Assembly (NCBI GenBank): GCA_963804995.1
Contig: CAWDSK010000002.1
Span: 224,001-288,000, forward strand
DNA from: an uncultured Acidobacteriota bacterium
GTDB taxonomy: Bacteria > Acidobacteriota > Terriglobia > UBA7540
Direction of reading: 5' to 3'
Length of the DNA: 64,000 nt
A program made the translations under genes and the position numbers. Positions 16,070 to 25,842 of this stretch are shown here, piece after piece. Numbering within the stretch: position 1 is the first letter of the stretch; every line of letters starts with the position of its first letter. Under the pieces are notes generated by a model. It was not told the DNA's origin. It searched no databases and saw only the letters and a list, made by a program, of their open reading frames with translations.

Positions 16070-18094
16070 ATGAATCAAGTTGGTAGCGTCGGTTTGATCG
16101 CCGCCCTGGCCTTCGCGGCTTTCGCGGTGGTGGCAGGAGCCGTGGGAGGCAAGCTCCGCAGCGCCCGCGCTACCCGCAGCGCTGAGCGTGCCACGCTGGC
16201 ATTCTTCGCCATGATCACCGTGGCCATCGTGGCGCTGGAATACATGATCCTGACGAACGACTTCCACAATGCCTATGTGGCTGAGCACTCCAACCGCGAT
16301 CTGCTGACCTATTATAAGGTCGCGGCGCTGTGGGCCGGGCAGGAAGGCTCGCTGCTTTTCTGGACGTGGCTGCTTTCGATTTACAGCGCCCTGGTGGTCT
16401 GGCAGAACCGCAAGAAGAACCGCCAATTGATGCCTTACGTCGTCTCCGTGCTGATGGGCACGGGGACCTTCTTTTCGCTGCTCGTGTTCTTCGTGGCGAA
16501 TCCCTTCCAGGAACTCACGGTGGTTTCAAGCACGGGCACGCAGGCCTTTGTGGCGCCGGATGGCAATGGGCTGAATCCGCTGCTCCAATACCACTCGATG
16601 GTGATTCATCCGCCCATGCTCTACCTCGGTTACGTGGGCATGGTGGTGCCGTTCGCCTTCGCTATGGCGGCGCTCCTCACGCGGCAGTTGGGTGACAATT
16701 GGATTCGCACCACGCGGCGCTGGACGATGGTCCCCTGGATGCTCCTCGGCTGCGGAATCCTGCTGGGCGGCAACTGGGCTTACGCCGTGCTGGGCTGGGG
16801 CGGCTACTGGGGATGGGACCCGGTGGAGAACGCCTCGATCCTCCCCTGGCTCTCCGGGACGGCTTTCCTGCATTCGGTGATGATCCAGGAAAAGCGCGGC
16901 ATGTTGAAAGTCTGGAACGTCGTGCTGGTGATCCTGACCTTCTTCCTGAGCATCTTTGGCACGTTCCTGACGCGCAGCGGGATCGTTTCCTCCGTGCACG
17001 CCTTCGCGCAATCGAACATCGGCCCGTTCTTTGCCGTTTTTCTTTCCATCATTCTGTTCTTCTCGCTCACCCTGCTGTTTTTGCGGCTCGACCACCTGAA
17101 GAGCGAGAATAAGCTCGACTCCATGGTCTCACGCGAGAGCGGCTTTCTTTTCAATAACTGGATTCTGCTGGCGCTGGTGTTCGCAGTGCTATGGGGAACG
17201 TTGTTTCCGGTCATCTCGAAGGCCGTGCAAAACGTGACCGTAACGGTGGGCGCACCCTTCTTTAATAATGTTGCGATTCCCATGGGTCTGCTGCTCCTGC
17301 TGCTGACGGGAGCGGGCCCGTTGCTCGCGTGGCGGAAGACCTCGTTCCAAAGTTTGAAACGTAACTTCACAATGCCGCTGATCCTGGCGCTCGTTGCCGG
17401 CGCCGGCCTGGTGGTGGGCGGTGTTCGCCATTTCTACGCGTGGATGACGCTGGTTCTCTCCATCTTCGTCGCCATTTGCATCCTGGGGGAATTCTGGAAG
17501 GGTGCTCGGACGCGCATGAAGACTGCACAGGAAAACTTCGCCGTAGCGCTTTACAACCTGACAATGCGTAACACAAGGCGTTACGGCGGGTATATCGTGC
17601 ACATAGGAATTGTGCTACTTTTTGTCGGTTTTGCGGGCCAAGCCTTCAAGGTGGACACCAAGGGATTGATGCAGCAGGGCGACTTGCTGAGGGTGAAGAA
17701 TTATTTGCTGCGCTGCGACGGTCTCACGACCGGTGACAACCCCAACTACGAATACACGCGCGCGCTTATCAGTGTGACCAAGAATGGCGAGGCTTTCGCG
17801 TCGATGCATCCTGAGAAGCGCTTCTACAAAGCCAGCCAGCAACCCACCAGCTACGTGGCCATTCACCCCACGCTGTCAGAAGATGTGTATGTGGTACTCG
17901 CCGGTTTGGATCCCGACACGGGCAAGGCGATCGTACAAGTTTTCATCAATCCGCTGGTGATGTGGGTGTGGATCGGCGGCGTGGTGACGCTGCTGGGCAC
18001 CCTGCTGGCGCTCGTTCCCAGCCGCGTGGAGCGTGAGATGGAAGAAATGCGGCAAGCGCAGGAATTGGCGGTACAGGCAGGCGATGGGTTCTGA
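16070..18094 (+). CDS. ccmF: Cytochrome c heme lyase CcmF
   Basis: WAGQEGSLLFW, GLNPLLQ, IHPPMLYLGY, WGGYWGWDPVEN and SVHAFA motifs. Confidence 0.95.
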   Translation: MNQVGSVGLIAALAFAAFAVVAGAVGGKLRSARATRSAERATLAFFAMITVAIVALEYMILTNDFHNAYVAEHSNRDLLTYYKVAALWAGQEGSLLFWTWLLSIYSALVVWQNRKKNRQLMPYVVSVLMGTGTFFSLLVFFVANPFQELTVVSSTGTQAFVAPDGNGLNPLLQYHSMVIHPPMLYLGYVGMVVPFAFAMAALLTRQLGDNWIRTTRRWTMVPWMLLGCGILLGGNWAYAVLGWGGYWGWDPVENASILPWLSGTAFLHSVMIQEKRGMLKVWNVVLVILTFFLSIFGTFLTRSGIVSSVHAFAQSNIGPFFAVFLSIILFFSLTLLFLRLDHLKSENKLDSMVSRESGFLFNNWILLALVFAVLWGTLFPVISKAVQNVTVTVGAPFFNNVAIPMGLLLLLLTGAGPLLAWRKTSFQSLKRNFTMPLILALVAGAGLVVGGVRHFYAWMTLVLSIFVAICILGEFWKGARTRMKTAQENFAVALYNLTMRNTRRYGGYIVHIGIVLLFVGFAGQAFKVDTKGLMQQGDLLRVKNYLLRCDGLTTGDNPNYEYTRALISVTKNGEAFASMHPEKRFYKASQQPTSYVAIHPTLSEDVYVVLAGLDPDTGKAIVQVFINPLVMWVWIGGVVTLLGTLLALVPSRVEREMEEMRQAQELAVQAGDGF

Positions 18095-18322
18095 CGGGAA
18101 TTCGCTGCTTGGTGGATGGCATGCTGAATGACCCCCTCACCCCCGGCCCCTCTGTCGCCGTGGTGACCGAGGGGGGAGTTAATTTGGGTTTACTCGGATG
18201 AGTGAGGGAGGAATTCATTCCCCTCGCCCCTTTGGGGGAGAGGGTGGACCGCATCCGGCGTTTTCATCAGCCGGGGCGGGACGGGTGAGGGGGTTTCAGG
18301 TCGAACCCGGAACAGTTGTTCC

Positions 18323-18805
18323 ATGACAACACCTAGATTAGCTCCGGTCCTTCTGCTCGGCACGCTCCTCGGTGTGTCAGCAGCGCGCGGCGACAGTCCG
18401 CGACAGGTGACTTTGGACTCTCTCGGCAACCAGGTGCAGTGCGTGTGCGGCTGCATAGCCCCGCTCAATCAATGCCCGCACATCGATTGCGCCACGCGGA
18501 CCGAGATGCAAGCGTTCATGAAGAAGGAAATTGCGGAGGGCAAGGACGAGACCGCCATCCTCCAGGACCTTTCGCTCCGTTACGGAGTGCAGGTGCTGGC
18601 GGCTCCACCTGCCCGGGGGTTTAACCTGGCGGTTTGGATTCTGCCGGGTGTGGGCTTAATTGTGGGGCTCGGCGTCGTGGTGGTCATCGTGCGGCGCTGG
18701 CGGGGCAAGCCTGCTCCACTGGCGCCCGCGGCAGCTTCCATCCCCGCTGACCCCAAGATGCTGGCGGCGGTGGAAGAGGAAATGAAATCGACAGGGTTGG
18801 GATAG
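18323..18805 (+). CDS. ccmH: CcmH/CcmL family protein
   Basis: QCVCGC...C, IAEGKDETAILQD, YGVQVLAAPP and WILP motifs; C-terminal TM. Confidence 0.8.
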   Translation: MTTPRLAPVLLLGTLLGVSAARGDSPRQVTLDSLGNQVQCVCGCIAPLNQCPHIDCATRTEMQAFMKKEIAEGKDETAILQDLSLRYGVQVLAAPPARGFNLAVWILPGVGLIVGLGVVVVIVRRWRGKPAPLAPAAASIPADPKMLAAVEEEMKSTGLG

Positions 18806-18806
18806 T

Positions 18807-19256
18807 ATGACACTTGGCATTGCAGTTCTGATGGCTGTCGGATTGGCTGTCTATATCATCTTTCCGCTGCTGAGCGCAGAAACCGCGGGTGGCTCATTGC
18901 CCGTGGATGTGACCGTGCTTGGCGATCTGAAGCGCCGTCGCCTGGTGGTTTATGACAACTTGAAGGACCTGGAATTTGAATTTCAGTCCGGCAAGATTGC
19001 CCAGCAGGATTACGAAGCGCTGCGTACGAATTATCTTGGCGAAGCCACGGCGCTGATGGCCGCAACCCAGGATGCGGAGCAGGTCAAAGAAAATGAAGCG
19101 ATGATCGAACGCGAAGTCGCGGCGCGGCGGGCGCAGAGGAAAAAACAGCCCAAAGACGAGTACGCCTGCCCGGCCTGCGGCTATGAGAATCCCTTGCCGG
19201 TGAAGTTTTGTGGAGAGTGCGGAGCGCGAATCGTTAATTCGCCGAAGAAGGTGTGA
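18807..19256 (+). CDS. CcmI-like membrane protein with C-terminal zinc ribbon
   Basis: LKDLEFEFQSGKIAQQDYEALR and CPACG...FCGECG motifs; within the ccm operon. Confidence 0.7.
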   Translation: MTLGIAVLMAVGLAVYIIFPLLSAETAGGSLPVDVTVLGDLKRRRLVVYDNLKDLEFEFQSGKIAQQDYEALRTNYLGEATALMAATQDAEQVKENEAMIEREVAARRAQRKKQPKDEYACPACGYENPLPVKFCGECGARIVNSPKKV

Positions 19257-19530
19257 AGCGGTGCGGAAGAGCAGTAGGCAGAAGGCAGAAGGCGGTAGGC
19301 AGCGAGCATGGTTGGCGAGTCCCGATATGTCGGGCTAGGCAATGTGCAAGGGCGAAGAACAAGTCAAAAGTCAAAAGGCAAAAGTAAGAACCCATGAAAC
19401 CTTCTTTCGGTCGTTGTGATCAATGCAGGGGTTTTGGCTTTCGACTTTTGACTTTTGCATTTTGCCTTTTGACTTGTTTTTCCCCTTTGGACAGGCCTGG
19501 CCCTCAAGCCGGCCTCCAGGTCAACCCAAA

Positions 19531-20778
19531 GTGAATTTACTTCATTCCAAACTCCGCTGGACTCTCGTTGCGTGTGCACTACTACTGGGCGCAGCCTTTC
19601 CTCTTGATGGCGCCCAGGTCAAGATCCAGGGGCAGGTGTCAAACGGCACAACTGGTAAGCCCGTCGCGAACCAGACCCTTCAGCTTCTGATGCCGCGGGG
19701 CGGAATGCAGCAGGTGGCGACGGCGGCGACCGATAACAGTGGCCATTTCGTTATTTCCTCAAGCGAACTCGACCCGGCTTCGTTCTATTTGCTCCAGGCG
19801 ACCTACCAGGATGTGAATTATCACGCCCCCGTCAAGTTCGACGCCGACGGCACAGCCCAGATTGACGTCACAGTTTACGACGCCACACACTCCGAACCCA
19901 CGCTGCGGATTCAATCCGCACGTGTCATCGTGCGCGTGGAGGGCGGCAAAGCTCGCGTGCAGGAAATGTTTGCGGTTCGCAACTCCACTTCCCCGCCGCA
20001 CAGTTATGTGAACCCCGACGGAACGTTCCACTTCCGGCTTCCCAAGGCTGCGGGCGAGCCCACGGCGGCGGTTGCCGGATTGATGAACATGCCGCTGCCG
20101 CAGCCTGTCAATCCCGGGAAAGGGCCGGGAGATTTCTATCTTCAATATGCGCTTAAGCCCGGCCTGACGGTGATGATGGTGGCTTACGACGCGGATTACG
20201 CGGGAAACAAGTTGGAACTCGGCGACTCCGTTACGTATCCCATCGAGGCTGCGGAGCTGTTCGTTTCGCCACCGGGCCTTGAGGTAGAATCAGCGCTATT
20301 CAAATCCGCCGGGACTGACGCAGAAACCGGCAGCCAGAAATATTCCGCCGAAAACCTGAAGGCCGGCGCGGCGCTTGCCGCAACCGTCAGTGGAGAAGCG
20401 GCAACAAGTGAACCTGCCACGAGCCAGGCAGAAGCGCAGGTGAAGAGCCTTCCTAATTCCATGACGCGCCTGGGCGGACCGCTGCTCGCCTGCTTCCTGC
20501 TGGTCTTGCTGTGGGGGCTGGGCGTGCGCGTCGCCAAGGAGTGGCCCGCGTGGAAGGCCCGGCAAAGCGCCAGCCAGATTCAGAAGAAGCTTGCGGCCGA
20601 GGTGGAGGCGTTGTTAAATGCCCTGGCGGACCTGGATGAACTTTTCGCCGACGGCAAAATTGCAGAAAAGCCTTACTGGAAAGAGCGCCTAGAACTGAAA
20701 GCGCGGTTGGTGGCGACGCTCAAGAAAGCGCCCCCCGCCCTGCTCGACTCTTATGCCACCCGACACAATCCCCGTTAG
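19531..20778 (+). CDS. ccm-associated protein with carboxypeptidase-regulatory-like N-terminus, TM and CcmI-like tail
   Basis: Signal peptide, GQVSNGTTGKP, C-terminal TM and LADLDELFADGKI; start codon uncertain. Confidence 0.65.
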   Translation: MNLLHSKLRWTLVACALLLGAAFPLDGAQVKIQGQVSNGTTGKPVANQTLQLLMPRGGMQQVATAATDNSGHFVISSSELDPASFYLLQATYQDVNYHAPVKFDADGTAQIDVTVYDATHSEPTLRIQSARVIVRVEGGKARVQEMFAVRNSTSPPHSYVNPDGTFHFRLPKAAGEPTAAVAGLMNMPLPQPVNPGKGPGDFYLQYALKPGLTVMMVAYDADYAGNKLELGDSVTYPIEAAELFVSPPGLEVESALFKSAGTDAETGSQKYSAENLKAGAALAATVSGEAATSEPATSQAEAQVKSLPNSMTRLGGPLLACFLLVLLWGLGVRVAKEWPAWKARQSASQIQKKLAAEVEALLNALADLDELFADGKIAEKPYWKERLELKARLVATLKKAPPALLDSYATRHNPR

Positions 20779-21468
20779 GCGCGCGCTCGAACTACGCGAC
20801 GTTTCCAAACAATTCGGCCACCTGCAAGCGTTGAGTGAAGTGTGCCTGCACGTTGAGCCGGGTGACTCGGTTCTGCTCTATGGGCCGAATGGCGCGGGCA
20901 AGACCACGCTGTTGCGCGTGCTGGCCACGCTGGCACGGCCGAGCGAGGGCCAAGTCCTCTACGCCGACGGCGACGTGCACCAGAATCCCGCCGCGGCGAA
21001 GGCCGCTATCGGATTCGTTTCCCACACAACCTTTCTCTATGGCGAGCTGAGCGCTTGCGAGAACCTGGAATTTGCCGGAACGCTCTTCGGCCTGGCAGAT
21101 TTGCCGCGGCGGATTGCCGCCGCGCTCGATCTCTTCCACTTGCGCGAGCGGGCCAGGACTCCGGTGCGTGAACTCTCGCGGGGATATCAGCAGCGCGTTT
21201 CACTTGCGCGGGCGGTTTTGCACGACCCGCAATTTCTGCTGCTGGATGAACCCTTCACGGGACTGGATGCGGCCTCCACGGAATCCCTCAGAGCCTCATG
21301 AAGCGCTGGCAGTCACAAGGCAAGGCCCTGATCTTTTCAACTCACGATTTTGAGCAGGGCGCGGCGATTGCGCACCGGTTGGTGGCCCTCGAAGCGGGAA
21401 AGGTTCGTTATGACGGGCCACTCGCCCTGGCGCCGCTGGCAGCGTTGAGAATAGAAGTTAGAAGCTAG
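20753..21468 (+). CDS. ccmA: Heme ABC exporter ATPase CcmA, with a 1-nt frameshift near 21290
   Basis: GPNGAGKTT, LSRGYQQR and LLLDEPFTGLD motifs; H-loop IFSTHD continues in another frame to a TAG at 21466-21468. Confidence 0.85.
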
Positions 21469-21541
21469 GAGTGTGGAGCCAGGAGTGAGGAGCGAGAAGT
21501 GAGGAGTTAGAAGCTAGGAGTCAGGAGTCAGAAGCCAGGAG
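21453..21541. repeat. Heptamer tandem array (AGGAGTC-type), with an inverse run at 23829-23859
   Basis: agaagtt/agaagct/aggagtc units. Confidence 0.8.
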
Positions 21542-21548
21542 AGAACAC

Positions 21549-21674
21549 GGGTGGCGCATACATTGCTTTTCATGTATGCGCTCAACCAAGGCTGCAACCG
21601 AGGGGTGGCTCACGTGCTGTGAGGTCGTCTCAGAGGACGGGGCGCATACATAAAAGGCAATGTATGCGCCACCC
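21549..21674. repeat. GGTG-type REP doublet (REPIN)
   Basis: GGGTGGCGCATACATTGCTTTT...AAAAGGCAATGTATGCGCCACCC inverted arms. Confidence 0.75.
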
Positions 21675-21870
21675 GTGAAAGAGATTGCGGAAGGCAGCAA
21701 GCAGAAGGCGGAAGTGGTAGCGCGGACCCCCGTTTTTGGGGTCCGCGGTTCTTCATCGGGAATTATCGCAAATGTTAAACACAGACGTGTGCGCCGTGCC
21801 TGCTTCTTGGCCACGGGACATTCTCTCAGATGACGCACGAAGAACCGCAGACCTCAACGGCGGAGGTCTG

Positions 21871-23783
21871 GTGCGCCGGGATAAACCGGCAGAAAGCAGA
21901 GAATGAAAATTTCTCACGAGGAAGGAGTAGCGATCCACTCGGCCCCGAGTTTTGCGCTGGGCGTCGTGAGGCGCACGGTGAAGCGTAAACAGGGGAATAG
22001 GTGGGCTGGGTATTGAGCTTCGAAAATGTCCAATCAGGACGCCGACGTTTTCAGACTAAACGGAAGGCAACATGAGGCCGGGACGCCAACGCGAGTTCCG
22101 GCACAGTCCTGCGTAGTCGTAGACCCCAGACACGCCTAGACACTTTCTGCACGAGAACCGGGAGACCTCGGAGGCGCCGGCCGCCGTAGATCGTGGCCGG
22201 ACGGCGGGAAAAGGCGATGGCCGTACAGCCCGCCTGCACGCTTTCGAGGAGTCGGACAGCGGAACAGTACCGATGAATCATTTGAACAAAGACGGGAAGC
22301 CGTTGGCGGAGAATGAGGAGGGAAGGCCGCTGATCAAGGAGAACACCCGTTGGCCTAACACGCACCCGACACAGAGCGGGGCACGCGTGTCCCAGGGACT
22401 CGCGGGTGTGCGGAAAGCCGCGAAGGAACACAGGGAGATGAAGTTCACGGCCTTGCTCCACCACTTAACGGTCGATCTGCTGCGGGAAAGCTTTTACGCC
22501 TTGAAGCGAAAAGCTGCACCGGGAGTAGACGGCATGACGTGGCAGGAGTATGAAAGCGGGCTGGAAGGTCGACTCGTCGATCTGCACAGCCGGGTCCACC
22601 GCGGAGCATTCCGAGCGAAGCCCTCGCGAAGGGCGTATATCCCGAAAGGCGACGGGCGGCAACGTCCGTTGGGGGTTGCGGCACTGGAGGACAAGATCGT
22701 CCAACAGGCCGTGGTCACCATCCTCAATGCGATTTACGAGGAAGACTTTCTGGGCTTCTCGTATGGCTTTCGACCGGGATGCAGCCAGCATCAAGCGCTG
22801 GACGCGCTCTCGTACGCGCTCACGGTGAAGCACGTGAACTACGTTCTTGACGCGGACATTCGTGGATTTTTCGATTCGATATCCCACGAATGGATGCTCA
22901 AGTTCGTGCAGCATCGCGTCGCCGACCCCCGGATTCTCCGGCTCATCCAGAAATGGCTGAAAGCCGGGGTGAGGGAGGAAGGCGAATGGTCGGAGACGGA
23001 GATGGGTACGCCACAAGGGGCGGTGGTCTCGCCCCTGCTGGCGAATATCTATCTGCACTACGTCTTTGACCTGTGGGTGCAGGCGTGGCGCAAGAAGCAC
23101 GCCCGGGGAGACGTGGTCGTGGTGCGGTATGCCGACGATACGGTCCTTGGATTCCAATCGCAGACGGAAGCCGACCGCTTTCTGGAGGATTTCCGGGAGC
23201 GGGTGGGGAAGTTTGGATTGGAACTGCATCCTGACAAAACGCGCCGGATCGAGTTCGGGCCGTTTGCCGAACTTTACCGGAAACGGAGAGGAGAAGGTAA
23301 GCCGGAGACGTTCGACTTTCTGGGCTTCACGCATATCAGCGGGAAGAACCGGAGGGGGCAATTTACCGTGAAGCGGAAGACGATCAGCAAGCGCCTGCGG
23401 GGGAAGTTGCAGGAACTCAAGCAACAACTCCGGCAGCGTCGGCACGATCCCATCGCGGATACGGGTAAATGGCTCCGGTCGGTCGTGCAAGGCTACTTCA
23501 ACTATCACGCGGTACCGGGAAACCTCGACCGCCTGCGAATCTTTCGGGAACGGTTGACCCGACTGTGGCGAACACAACTGCGTCAACGCAGTCAACGCCA
23601 CCGCCTCAACTGGGACCGACTGGGGAAGCTTGCGGCCTGCTGGTTGCCTGCTCCGCACGTTGTGCATCCTTGGCCATCCCAACGGTTCGCCGCCACACAT
23701 CCGAGATAAGAGCCGTATGCGCTAACCAGCGCACGTACGGATCCGTGCGGGGGGTACCGGGTAACCGGTATCCCTACCGCAAC
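21871..23783 (+). mobile_element. Group II intron (probably bacterial class E) inserted in a GTAG-REP between ccmA and ccmB
   Basis: 5' GTGCG; domain V GAGCCGTATGCG...CGCACGTACGG; domain VI ending CCCTACCGCAAC; removing it restores GCAGACCTC-N7-GAGGTCTG|CGCTAC. Confidence 0.88.
22273..23709 (+). CDS. ltrA: Group II intron reverse transcriptase/maturase
   Basis: APGVDG, RPLGV, FSYGFRPG, DADIRGFFD, GTPQG, RYADD and FDFLGF motifs; no HNH tail. Confidence 0.95.
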   Translation: MNHLNKDGKPLAENEEGRPLIKENTRWPNTHPTQSGARVSQGLAGVRKAAKEHREMKFTALLHHLTVDLLRESFYALKRKAAPGVDGMTWQEYESGLEGRLVDLHSRVHRGAFRAKPSRRAYIPKGDGRQRPLGVAALEDKIVQQAVVTILNAIYEEDFLGFSYGFRPGCSQHQALDALSYALTVKHVNYVLDADIRGFFDSISHEWMLKFVQHRVADPRILRLIQKWLKAGVREEGEWSETEMGTPQGAVVSPLLANIYLHYVFDLWVQAWRKKHARGDVVVVRYADDTVLGFQSQTEADRFLEDFRERVGKFGLELHPDKTRRIEFGPFAELYRKRRGEGKPETFDFLGFTHISGKNRRGQFTVKRKTISKRLRGKLQELKQQLRQRRHDPIADTGKWLRSVVQGYFNYHAVPGNLDRLRIFRERLTRLWRTQLRQRSQRHRLNWDRLGKLAACWLPAPHVVHPWPSQRFAATHPR

Positions 23784-23868
23784 CGCTACGATTATTTCTC
23801 GACACGAAAGGGAATCAGGAGGTTTTATTCTAGCTTCTAACTCCTGACTCCTGGCTTCTTACCGACAC

Positions 23869-24546
23869 ATGCAAACGCTCCGCGTGGTCTTCGCCATTTT
23901 CGTGAAGGATTTGCGCCTCGAATGGCGTCACCGCGAGACGCTTGCCTCCATGTGTATCTTCGGCCTCCTGGTGGTGTTCCTGTTCAACTTTGCCTTTGAG
24001 CCGGCGCGCGAGGAATCCTTGCGCCTGCTGCCCGGGCTTCTGTGGATTGCGTTTGCCTTTGCGGGTGTGCTGGGATTCAACCGTTCATTCGCAGCGGAGC
24101 GGGAAAACGCGGCGCTGGAGGGAATGCGCCTGGCTCCGATCGATTCAGGGGCGATTTATCTTGGCAAGATGCTGGCCAACCTGCTGTTTCTCAGCATTGC
24201 CGAGGTCCTCGTGGTGTTCGCGGCTAGCCTCTGGTATAACTTTTCTTTCCTGCCCGCACTCGGGGGATTTGCGCTGATCACGTTTTTCTGTACGCTAGGT
24301 TATGTGGCGGTCGGCACCACGTTCGCGGCAGTCGCTGCCAATACCCGTATGCGCGAGGTGATGCTCCCAGTGCTGCAGTTTCCGGTGGCCGTCCCGGTGT
24401 TCATCGCGGGAGTGGAAGGTTCAACCGGAGCGCTCAAAGGCGACCCGATGAGCGACTACGCGGGCTGGATCAAACTGGCGGCGGGATTCAGCATCATCTT
24501 CGTGGTCTTGTCGTATATGCTGTTTGAGTTTGTTTTGGAGGAGTAG
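23869..24546 (+). CDS. ccmB: Heme exporter CcmB
   Basis: KDLRLEWR, PGLLWIAF, RSFAAERE and MLPVLQFP motifs. Confidence 0.9.
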   Translation: MQTLRVVFAIFVKDLRLEWRHRETLASMCIFGLLVVFLFNFAFEPAREESLRLLPGLLWIAFAFAGVLGFNRSFAAERENAALEGMRLAPIDSGAIYLGKMLANLLFLSIAEVLVVFAASLWYNFSFLPALGGFALITFFCTLGYVAVGTTFAAVAANTRMREVMLPVLQFPVAVPVFIAGVEGSTGALKGDPMSDYAGWIKLAAGFSIIFVVLSYMLFEFVLEE

Positions 24547-24665
24547 TACGTCGCCGGGAAAGAGCGAAATTCGAAAATCGAAACTCGAAAATCGGCCCGA
24601 GTTTCGAATTTCGAGTTTCGTCCTTTGTTGACTGACGGCAGCGGCGTATGGACCAAGAACACCCG

Positions 24666-25361
24666 ATGAAGAATATTTTCCCACCCATCGTTCACCTGCT
24701 CGTGACGCTTGTGTGGCTCGGCGTGGCGACGTACCTGATTTTTCTCTACGCGCCCCAGGAACTCACCATGGGCGAGGTGCAGCGCATTTTCTACATCCAT
24801 GTGTCGTCGGCGTGGACGGCGTTGCTGGCTTATTTCCTGATTTTTCTCGGCAGTGTCGGATATTTGTGGAAGCGCTCCATGGTGGCGGATGATTTCGCGC
24901 ACGCGGCGGGGGAAGTGGGATTTGTCTTCTGCACCTGTGTGCTGGTGACCGGGCCGCTCTGGGCGAAACCGGTTTGGGGTATCTGGTGGACGTGGGACGC
25001 GCGCCTGACGCTTACTTTCGTCCTCTGGCTCTTGTTCGTGGCCTACCTGATGCTGCGGAGTTACGTCCTCAACCCCGCGCGTGCGGCGGTGCTGGCGGCG
25101 GTGGTGGGCATTATCGGCTTTGTTGATGTGCCGATTGATTACATGGCGATCCGCTGGTGGCGAACCCAGCATCCGCAACCGGTGATTGCGGGCGGGGAGG
25201 GCTCGGGGCTCGACCCGCAAATGTGGGTGACGCTTCTGGTGACCTGGGGCGCGTTCCTGTGCCTGTTCTCTTACTTAGTGCGGCAATACCTGCGGCTGGC
25301 GGCGACGCGGCGCGAGGTTGCGCACCTCCGGCGCTTGCTGGGTTCATCCCTGAGGGCATAG
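24666..25361 (+). CDS. ccmC: Heme exporter CcmC
   Basis: QRIFYIHV, WAKPVWGIWWTWDARLT and WWRTQHP motifs. Confidence 0.92.
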   Translation: MKNIFPPIVHLLVTLVWLGVATYLIFLYAPQELTMGEVQRIFYIHVSSAWTALLAYFLIFLGSVGYLWKRSMVADDFAHAAGEVGFVFCTCVLVTGPLWAKPVWGIWWTWDARLTLTFVLWLLFVAYLMLRSYVLNPARAAVLAAVVGIIGFVDVPIDYMAIRWWRTQHPQPVIAGGEGSGLDPQMWVTLLVTWGAFLCLFSYLVRQYLRLAATRREVAHLRRLLGSSLRA

Positions 25362-25362
25362 C

Positions 25363-25524
25363 ATGAGCAACTCATACCTGGTTCTCGCATACTGGTTCCT
25401 GTGGATCATCTTTATGCTCTATGGGCTGGCAACCCAGCGCCGCCAAGGGCGGATTGAAAAGGAACTCGAAGAGCTGAAGAAGGCTCTCGACGCGCGGGAT
25501 GGGCGCGGTTCCGGCACTCCCTGA
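25363..25524 (+). CDS. ccmD: CcmD family small membrane protein (not in the ORF track)
   Basis: MSNSYLVLAYWFLWIIFMLYGLATQRRQGRIEKELEELKK...*: a TM followed by a charged helix, directly after ccmC. Confidence 0.8.
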   Translation: MSNSYLVLAYWFLWIIFMLYGLATQRRQGRIEKELEELKKALDARDGRGSGTP

Positions 25525-25842
25525 GGCGACCCAAACCTGCGGCCGCTGACCCCTACACGCGCGGCTCAAGTTGTGATATGTTGGCTTTGCAGCAGGTTTA
25601 AATCCCAGTGGTTAGCTTGGAGGTTGCCCGGATCCAGGGCAGGCGCCTTCTTCCTCGTGCGTGGCTGGGGAATTCTCCCTTTTGGAGTGGAGAAGAATAC
25701 GCTTGCGTGCATTCATCGTGAGGGCAGGTCAGGCTCCAGGAAATCCCCGGCTTCGGCAACATCCCTGGAGCTTAATTTAGAGAGATGCGCGCGCGCCGTC
25801 TTGGGTGTGAAAAGGTTACACCTCCATCCCTAAAGAAGAAGC

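Noticed and set aside
22273..23709. RT as a retron, DGR or defence RT
   Set aside because: It has a maturase-type C-terminus, a GTGCG 5' end and domain V/VI, so it is a standard group II intron protein.
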